Source: Macrostomum hystrix
Lineage: Eukaryota; Animalia; Platyhelminthes
Direction: 5' to 3'
NCBI GenBank assembly: GCA_950097015.1
Contig: CATNEN010000002.1
Coordinates: forward strand, 3,286,001 to 3,350,000
Length of the DNA stretch: 64,000 bases
Both the position numbers and the translations under genes were made by a program. Positions 57,601-64,000 of the stretch are shown here, one piece after another (the stretch's first letter is position 1; every line of letters starts with the position of its first letter). The notes under the pieces are model-generated. The model was not told the origin of the DNA, did no database searches, and was given only the letters and a program-made list of their open reading frames with translations.

Positions 57601-60600
57601 CGCCTGCGCGCTCGCTGCATTCGGCTCTTCTGCGCGTACGCCCCTACGGCTGCCCACCCGGATGAAGCTCTCGCCTTTTTCGAGTTTCTGGCCGGACAGC
57701 TGGAAGAGATGCCAAACCGCGACACGCTGGTGGTGCTCGGAGACCTAAACGCAGTTCCACGTAGGTCCGAACGATCGCCTTTCGTTACGGGACGCGAGAA
57801 CGCCAACACGGATGCGCTGGAGGACCTACTAGAACGGCTGGACCTGATGTCAATTAACACCCGTTTCCGCAAGCCACCGGCCCGCCTGGTCACCTTCGCG
57901 GGCTGCAAGAGGAGACGACGGAACGCGCGAGGACGGAATGCCACGAGGCGGCTGGCGCAACTCGATCATGTGCTGGTCCGCGCTCGCGAGCACCGCCGCG
58001 TCATCAACTGCGACACCATGGCTCCGCTGGCTCTCCGGTCTGACCACCGACTCCTGCTCTGCGACCTGCGGCTCAACGACCCGCTCTACCGACCCCCGAA
58101 GCAGCGGCCACGGCGCTACTATCGTGCCTTGTTGGACCCCCGCGTAAAGTACCAATTCGCGGGCGCCTTCGCTGGCGCGCTTGGAAACCAGCGCGAAGCG
58201 GAGTACGCCGACATCAGCACTGCCGTGAGAACTGCAGCTGAGAAGACGGTCCCGCTGATGCGACCGGCGGAGCGGACGCAGCCAGTCTGGCAGAGCGATC
58301 CAACGATCAGGCAGGCGCGGCTAAAGATCGAGCGACTCCGAAGATCCCGACGGCCCACTGGTGACGCCGAGGAGGCGCTCGCGCGTCTTCTGGACACGCG
58401 GCAGCAGGCCGCAGTCGACGACGCCATCCAGTCCATCACAGCAGCTGGCCCCGACGTTAGGAGCCGCGCAGTGTGGACGGCCGTTCGGACCCTTACGGGG
58501 CGCAAGAGGCGTGTGGCGCTAAATCTGGCCGGCGACACTCCGGAGGAGCGCAGGAATGAATTGCGCGACTTCTTCGCCGGCATTGTGAATGCGCCCTCGC
58601 CCCCGCTGCCAGCCAATTTCGCACTGCCGACGGACACGGCCCTGCCAGCTGAGGAGGATTTTCGCACCAGCCCAGTCACTGTGGAGGATGTTGTACGGTT
58701 CGCTCGGAGAACATCTGGCGGCAAGGCGCTCGGCCCCGACGAGGTTCCGGTCGAGGCGCTGCGGCTCCGCTGTGTGGCTTCCCAAGTCACAAGCGCCATG
58801 AACCGCGTGCTCGCCGGCGCCCCTGCGCCCACCGAGTGGACCGTAGCACACATCGTGCCGATCCCGAAGAAAGCCGGGACAACGCGGAAAGAAGATCACC
58901 GCGGGATCTCGCTTATGTCCTGCACCGCAAAGCTTTTCAACCGACTGCTTCTCGATCGCCTGCAGTCGGTGCTGGACCCGTACCTCCGTTACGAGCAGAA
59001 CGGGTTCCGGCCACAGCGCGGTACAGTAACCCAGATCCTCGCACTCCGCCGTGTCATCGAGGAGGCGCGCATCCGCCAGTCAACGCTGATCGTAGTGTTT
59101 GTCGACTTCCGCAAGGCGTTTGACTCGGTGTCGAGGGCCGCGCTTCCACTAGTCCTTCGTGCCTACCGGGTCCCAGAGCAGCTAGTCGCCGCTGTCATGT
59201 CGCTGTATCGCGACACGCGCGCTGCTGTTGTTACGGCGGACGGCCTGTCCGACCTGTTTGCCACCTCGTCAGGAGTGCTGCAGGGCGACACGCTGGCCCC
59301 GTTCCTCTTCGTGCTTCTCCTGGACTGGGTGCTTCGGACTGCGCTCCCCTCGGCTGAAGACGGCTTCCTGCTACGCAGACGCATCGGTCGCCGCCACGAT
59401 GAGAAGCGCCTCAGTGTGCTTGGCTACGCCGACGACCTCGCCCTCCTGTCCTCGACTGTCGAAGGTGCCCAGCGCCAGATTGACAGGTTGGCTGAGGTGG
59501 CATCAAGCGTCGGCCTAGTGATCAACACGCTTAAGACCGAGGTGCTGACCGTGCCGGCCGACATCCCAGCGGACCTGACGTGCCGCGGCGCAGACGGGCA
59601 GATCATCTCGCTCGCACGCTGCCAGCGCTTCACTTACCTCGGCGGTCTGGTGCCCAACGTGGAAGACGACATCCGGCGGCGCAGAGGACTCGCATGGGCG
59701 GCCTACCGTTCGATCCGGGCCGTCCTCCAGTCCACAGCGCTGCCTGACCGCCAGAGGGCTCGGCTGTGGCAGGCGGTGATCGAGACCGTCCTGCTGTACA
59801 ACGCCGAGTCGTGGACGCTGACGGCTACGCTGGAGCGGCAGCTGGACTCGGCGCACTCGGGGCTGCTCCGTGCGGCCTTTCAAGCTGACGAGAGCGTCGG
59901 GACGGAGGCTCTGTACGAGAGAGCTCAGCTGCAACGCCCGTCCACCATCCTGCGCCAGCGACGACTTCGACTAGCGGGCCACGTCATTCGGGCCGAAAGC
60001 TACTGCCGCCAGCCCGCCCAGGACGTCCTTCTGCTCACCCTGCAGGGCCCGTTCAGGCGCGGCCAGGCTCGGACCCGCCGCTACGTCGACTGCCTGCTGA
60101 GCGACGCCAGGGCGCCCGACACTGCCTCCGGCGCGGACCATGTTCGCGCGCTGGCTCTGCGGCGCATCATTTGACGCCGCCCCCCTAACGTTTGGGGCTT
60201 GCGTATTTTGTTGTTGTTGTTGTTGTTGTTGTTATGCATGAAACTGTAGTCAGTACTATGTATGCATGAAACTGTAGTCAGTACTATGTATGCATGAAAC
60301 TGTAGTCAGTACTATGTATGCATAAAACTGTTGTCAGTACTATGTATGCATGAAACTGTAGTCAGTACTATGTATGCATGAAACTGTAGTCAGTACTATG
60401 TATGCATGAAGGCATCGAATAAAAATTCAGAGTTAGAAACTATAAGCACATACGCTCGTAGACATTGGTCATTCGGCCGTCAATGACTCGCTGAACGGGA
60501 TCTTTCACAACTTTGAAAAATATGGCGGTATTCGATGGACTGGCTGAATCGGCGCACTTGTAGTACGTAAATCCAATGCCGTACTCTCTGCTCAGCTCTG

Positions 60601-61197
60601 AGTAGGGTAGCAACAGCTGCGGGCCCATCTGCCCGCTGATCTCGTGGAAACTAAGCGTCACATCGTTGTACTTGTACCACCTGTATGACCCACCGCTGCT
60701 CAGCGCGATCGTGCAGGTCAGAGAGGCGTCTCTATTCACCGAGACCGATGTCTCGATAATGTTACTCGTCGGTGTCACTTGAAATAGAAAGATTGCGATT
60801 GAAAATGAGTATTGAATGGGTTAGCAGAATTAATTAAATTAGCTGACTCACAGTCGGTGATGACGAACAATGAAGCCCTGTACAAATTCGGAGACACGGG
60901 CGGGTCGGTCATGCAGTAGTAGGAGCCGAACCTGCTCTTGTCGTTCTGGCTTACAATCAGCAGCGGGGTCACGCTGACAACAAGGCCGTCCTTCACCCAG
61001 GCCTCGAAGCGTCCCGGGGACGACACCGCGCAGTAAATATGGATCGGGAGCTCCTGAGCCTGGTAACGGTAGATATTCTGCACCTGGAACTCGACAAACA
61101 TTGGTTGGTTGACGGCCAGACCCTGGGCGTTGGCGCTCATTGGCGACAACAGCAGGCCAAGGAATAGGCAGGCCAGGACAACTGCTGGCTGGCCCAT
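42661..61197 (-). CDS. Ig/laminin multidomain secreted protein, paralog C (20 exons, about 1575 aa)
   Basis: Exons 60852-61197, 60454-60777, 55129-55431, 54706-55035, 54367-54633, 52962-53035, 52701-52841, 52404-52604, 52218-52319, 51692-52006, 50201-50313, 49883-49950, 48973-49358, 48663-48894, 47452-48174, 46572-46762, 46261-46486, 45420-45657, 45318-45328, 42661-42797. GT-AG and phase-consistent; lacks four B exons. Confidence 0.82.
43291..44701 (-). CDS. Mariner transposase, 351 aa if 43357-43711 is removed
   Basis: HTH N-terminus, WVPHDL, EDETW, DNARPH-34aa-D, YSPDF. The C-terminus VEKLYEYCQRVIDIGGHYVVD* lies at 43291-43356, beyond an insertion. Confidence 0.85.
43359..43709. mobile_element. 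351-bp solo-LTR-like insertion
   Basis: TGTC...GACA termini, 4-bp target duplication ACCT/AGGT (43355-43358 and 43710-43713), internal CCAAT and TATA-like motifs. Confidence 0.7.
44965..45195 (-). mobile_element. tRNA-derived SINE, counterpart of 8740-9015
   Basis: Same head (ggaatcgaacttccgacc on the plus strand) and body, with an internal deletion. Confidence 0.65.
45318..45328 (-). CDS. 11-nt micro-exon of paralog C
   Basis: Identical to 9144-9154, including splice sites. Confidence 0.75.
47324..47388 (-). pseudogene. Degenerate tRNA-like sequence, duplicate of 19477-19541
   Basis: A and B boxes; near-identical to the B copy. Confidence 0.5.
50606..51266. repeat. 100-bp tandem repeat, copy C (about 6 units)
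   Basis: Same unit as in B. Confidence 0.9.
53236..53585. repeat. 24-bp minisatellite, copy C (about 14-15 units)
   Basis: Same unit as in A and B. Confidence 0.92.
55450..56462. repeat. 28-bp satellite, copy C, left part (about 36 units)
   Basis: catgaaactgtagtcagtactatgtatg, nearly invariant. Confidence 0.97.
56477..57002. repeat. 16/17-bp minisatellite gagccattatatttgc(a), about 32 units
   Basis: Directly 5' of the RTE ORF; absent from copy B. Confidence 0.95.
57061..60174 (+). CDS. Intact RTE polyprotein (APE endonuclease plus reverse transcriptase), 1037 aa from the first ATG after the repeat
   Basis: GTLNCRTL, MLQEV, AYAPT, LGDLNA, LDHVLV, SDHRLL; GPDEVP, RGISLMS, EQNGFR, FVDFRKAFDSV, GVLQGDTLAPFLF, YADDLAL, FTYLG; no stops or frameshifts. 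Confidence 0.95.
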   Translation: MTSVGSDGRASAAAAKIGTSGTSRGQRSARRRTERRRERNRRGRLRGASRRQLPPVSAASESDPPGGAGDREAQRHRALAVPGGRLRLGTLNCRTLKAPWRRTLLVQLAHDLQLDLIMLQEVSIVAEPGLQNEDLGAGWSLLYTSADGRGRGGVGVLIGPRLRQSVHCAPLSPRLLRVDLRLRARCIRLFCAYAPTAAHPDEALAFFEFLAGQLEEMPNRDTLVVLGDLNAVPRRSERSPFVTGRENANTDALEDLLERLDLMSINTRFRKPPARLVTFAGCKRRRRNARGRNATRRLAQLDHVLVRAREHRRVINCDTMAPLALRSDHRLLLCDLRLNDPLYRPPKQRPRRYYRALLDPRVKYQFAGAFAGALGNQREAEYADISTAVRTAAEKTVPLMRPAERTQPVWQSDPTIRQARLKIERLRRSRRPTGDAEEALARLLDTRQQAAVDDAIQSITAAGPDVRSRAVWTAVRTLTGRKRRVALNLAGDTPEERRNELRDFFAGIVNAPSPPLPANFALPTDTALPAEEDFRTSPVTVEDVVRFARRTSGGKALGPDEVPVEALRLRCVASQVTSAMNRVLAGAPAPTEWTVAHIVPIPKKAGTTRKEDHRGISLMSCTAKLFNRLLLDRLQSVLDPYLRYEQNGFRPQRGTVTQILALRRVIEEARIRQSTLIVVFVDFRKAFDSVSRAALPLVLRAYRVPEQLVAAVMSLYRDTRAAVVTADGLSDLFATSSGVLQGDTLAPFLFVLLLDWVLRTALPSAEDGFLLRRRIGRRHDEKRLSVLGYADDLALLSSTVEGAQRQIDRLAEVASSVGLVINTLKTEVLTVPADIPADLTCRGADGQIISLARCQRFTYLGGLVPNVEDDIRRRRGLAWAAYRSIRAVLQSTALPDRQRARLWQAVIETVLLYNAESWTLTATLERQLDSAHSGLLRAAFQADESVGTEALYERAQLQRPSTILRQRRLRLAGHVIRAESYCRQPAQDVLLLTLQGPFRRGQARTRRYVDCLLSDARAPDTASGADHVRALALRRII
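60234..60410. repeat. 28-bp satellite, copy C, right part (about 6 units)
   Basis: Same unit, after the LINE tail. Confidence 0.95.
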
Positions 61198-61310
61198 GGC
61201 TTTGCGCTGCTGGTTGAAAATAATTTATTGTTAATGCCTATCAGATCCTCAAAGATTGAAGATAGAACTCCGGCGCCTAGATTTCTGCTGCAAGTGTCCA
61301 TATTTATGGC

Positions 61311-61399
61311 AACGGGTCTTATAGTGGACCCGTTCACACTGCTGAGGTGGAGAGCGAGGCGACAACCAATAGAGCGAGTGCTTCGCTGGTCGCTATTGG
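61311..61399 (-). promoter_or_regulatory. Putative core promoter of paralog C
   Basis: Same hairpin/ctataa and inverted CCAAT pair. Confidence 0.4.
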
Positions 61400-61876
61400 C
61401 TGGAGCTAAGGCATGCGCATCAGGAATATCTGGAATCAAGTTCAACCCTCTTGTTGAGGGAGGCGCACTGGTCTGCGCCCGGTACAGTTTTAGTCCATTT
61501 GTAAAAGTGGATTCATAACTAACCATCTGAAGTGTTTTGTAATGTCTGACCTAATACAGCACTAAAACAAATACATTGCTGAACTGAAGATGCACTGGAA
61601 TCGACGAAAATATTTGAAACTCTTTTTTAGCTAAGAGCTGATCATGCGAATCTTCGATCAAAGTAGGAATAATGAACTTTATCGTAATACGCTCGTACTG
61701 CGCGTTAAAACGTGTACCAGGGTACGATATTGAAAATGTAAGCACCCTCATTGTTTAACTAATTAATCCAGCATAAGTCCATGAAGAATTTATTTTGTTC
61801 ACATTAATTGGAGCCTCAATTCAACAAATTTTATTTCCTCATTAAACATAAGATCGCTTCATCATCAGGCTTAGTT

Positions 61877-62250
61877 AAAGCAACAACAACAAAAACAACA
61901 ACAATAACAGAAACAATATACGCCAGAGTTAGAGATAAGCATCAGAAGGCAAGTTTTAAGGCCTGGGCGCGCACATAGGCAAGGTCTCTGGCAGTGTCCG
62001 GGGCGCCGGCGTCGGCAAAAGGGGAGTCGACGTACCGCCGAGTTCGTGCCTACCCACGCCGAAATTAAGTGGGGCCTGCAGCAGTGCTCCTCGGCACGGA
62101 TGAGGTGGCCTTCCAGCTGTAGTCGCCGACGGCGCAGTAGGTCGCTTGGGTGTGCCAGGCCGGCGCGGCGATAAAGTGCCGCCTTGGTGATGAGCTCATC
62201 AAAGCCGATTCTAAAGGCAGCGCAAAGCAGGCAAGCCTGCGCTGCGTTGA
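61877..62250 (-). mobile_element. RTE 3' fragment, duplicate of 29136-29520
   Basis: Near-identical, with a small internal deletion. Confidence 0.75.
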
Positions 62251-62499
62251 CTTGACGCTGACATTACATATGCCAAGCCTAAAAATGTCAATGGGGAAAG
62301 AATCGACGAGAAGGCCAATAAGCAGTCTTGATATGAATTCCACAAAGGATTATAAGCAAAGGAGAGTTGCCTTGCCAGAGACGTGCGTATTGAGTTGACA
62401 ACTAGCCGTGAGCTTGAGGTAATAGCCACAAGCGAGATCGGCTTTACAACGACGATCGTGTTTTTCTACTTTTTTACCTCCTGGGACTACTAAGCACAA

Positions 62500-63275
62500 A
62501 AGTTATGCTGAACTGCAGAGGCATTAGTCCTGCAAAAGCAATTGGAAACCACAGGAAAAATTTCGTTTCTCAGTTCGATACCCATTTGAGACAAAGGACA
62601 CAGAACTCAAGCAAGCTAAGTCACTTCTATTACTCCTTCAAGCAATATTATTCAGCCGAAAAATATTAACAACAAATATACAACCCGGAGTTGAGACGTA
62701 CCATAGCCTCGTTTAGACTAGGAAACCATAAGCTAGCTTGCGAAACATTGCGAACTGCGAGACCGAAAATTCCGTATGTAAATAGATTATGTAGTAAGTG
62801 CAAAACAGAAGTTGAAAACGAGGTCCACTTCCTTTTTAAGTGCACTTGGAATAAGTATAGCGCAGCACGTTCGAAATTTGAGACGGAAGTTTCTGGGAAA
62901 ACCCCAATTTCATATCCTTAACAGCAGAAGAAAAATCTAACTACATAATGGCTCAAGACGATAGGGAAACCGCTGAAGCTTTAGCAAAATACATCATAGA
63001 AATATCTAAAAAAAGGGAACAGCTGCCCTGAGACTACGAGATCTTACTAGCATTCAACAATAGATATTTCATATTTTGTTTTATCCCTGGCGTCCCTTGT
63101 GTTTTTACTGCTCTTATTTTTAATACCTTTGCTTTCCCTTCCCAGCTCGATATTTGATTCCTACTAGACTTCGCTTTTTATGTTGCTTTTCGTTGTTCAT
63201 TTAAATGTGTTGTTTAAAAATATATAAAAAAAAATCAGCACCCATAGATGGCGTGCGCGTTTTTATAATAAAAAT
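62500..63275 (+). mobile_element. LINE 3' fragment, duplicate of 29780-30545
   Basis: Same ASFRLGNHKL..CSKC sequence and aaaatcagcaccc end. Confidence 0.85.
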
Positions 63276-63872
63276 AAAAACAAAACAGTATTTAGTACAG
63301 CCCTGCAAGGCAATAAATGCCTTTAAGCCGAATGAAAAAATTACCCGCAGGAAAACCATGTTCAATATTTGAGATCGCAGATGTTTGCTAGCAATCGGCA
63401 TGCACAAATGCTTAAGTATTATGGCAAGAATGGTAACGCCATATAATGATTCCGAAAATGCTTATTCTCAGAATCTGCAGTGTGGGAAAAGGCTGTGGAA
63501 CGAATTAGCTTAATAATGCAACTTTGCTTTACGTTCATAGAAAATTAAGAAATTCAGGACCACATCAGTTCTTTTATTTGAGCCAAAAAATGATATATTG
63601 TGTTGTTTTACTTATTAGTATGAATAAAATGTAAACTTTGAGCAATTCTATTCTTGTCCAAAGGATGGAGAATCAGGGAAACCGTTATTTTTGGGGACAG
63701 TTACGATTCTAGCAGCTATGGGGAGCTTGTAGCTGCAAGGATAAATCTGTGCATTTACGAAGGTTTTCACTCTGTAAACCAATGCTACCCTTCTGATAAA
63801 TCATAATAACCCTCCATAACTCATGCTACCCCTCGATATATCATGCTATCCTCTCGATAATTTGCAGTCCAC

Positions 63873-63950
63873 TTAAAGAATTTGTGCTACCACATCGATA
63901 GATAATGCTGCTTCCCGATAAATCATGCTACTTCTCGATAATAAATTACG
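63873..63950 (-). other. Duplicate of the last codons and stop of the Mab-21-like gene
   Basis: Encodes RNLLSRSSMIYREAALSIDVVAQIL*, as at 31332-31410; diverges after aaattacgc. Confidence 0.7.
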
Positions 63951-64000
63951 CCACCCCTCAATAAATAATGCCACCCCTCAATAGTTCATGCTATCCCTCG

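Larger units (their letters stand above)
56463..60233 (+). mobile_element. RTE-clade LINE insertion, including its 5' repeat block, inside the 28-bp satellite
   Basis: Single APE-RT ORF, (ttg)n tail at 60207-60233, satellite resumes at 60234; possible TSD atgcatgaa (ambiguous inside the satellite). Confidence 0.92.

Noticed and set aside
57394-59934. Antisense and alternative-frame ORFs within the RTE, and horizontal transfer inferred from high GC
   Set aside because: Shadow ORFs are expected in GC-rich coding DNA, and an older relative of the same family (29136-29520) shows long residence in this genome.

Overview
Eukaryotic, intron-rich invertebrate DNA. A Macrostomum-like flatworm is my guess from sequence character, not a verified assignment. 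The window holds three tandem, minus-strand paralogs (A: off the left edge to 3541; B: 8185-28453; C: 42661-61197) of a signal-peptide gene encoding Ig-like repeats, a laminin-EGF/laminin-IV module and more Ig-like repeats, with no evident TM segment. The architecture is perlecan-like, but I do not call it perlecan. I traced 24 GT-AG, phase-consistent exons for B (about 1930 aa) and 20 for C (about 1575 aa). The copies differ by in-frame loss of whole Ig blocks (A lacks 399 codons; C lacks 355 codons) and by hypervariable patches in a C-terminal Ig exon. Between B and C lies an ankyrin + Mab-21/cGAS-like nucleotidyltransferase gene with about 54 copies of an 11-aa basic repeat; the 3' end of a sister copy appears at the right edge. 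Mobile elements include a degenerate LINE carrying a complete AlkB (ALKBH2/3-type) dioxygenase domain in ORF1, a Crypton-type tyrosine recombinase split across opposite strands, a DD34D mariner interrupted by a TG..CA insertion whose AGGT target duplication forms GT-AG intron ends, an intact RTE LINE inserted in a 28-bp satellite, BEL, Gypsy and LINE remnants (one with a 2A-like motif), tRNA-derived SINEs and many VNTRs. All exon models and domain calls were read by eye; no database searches were run.
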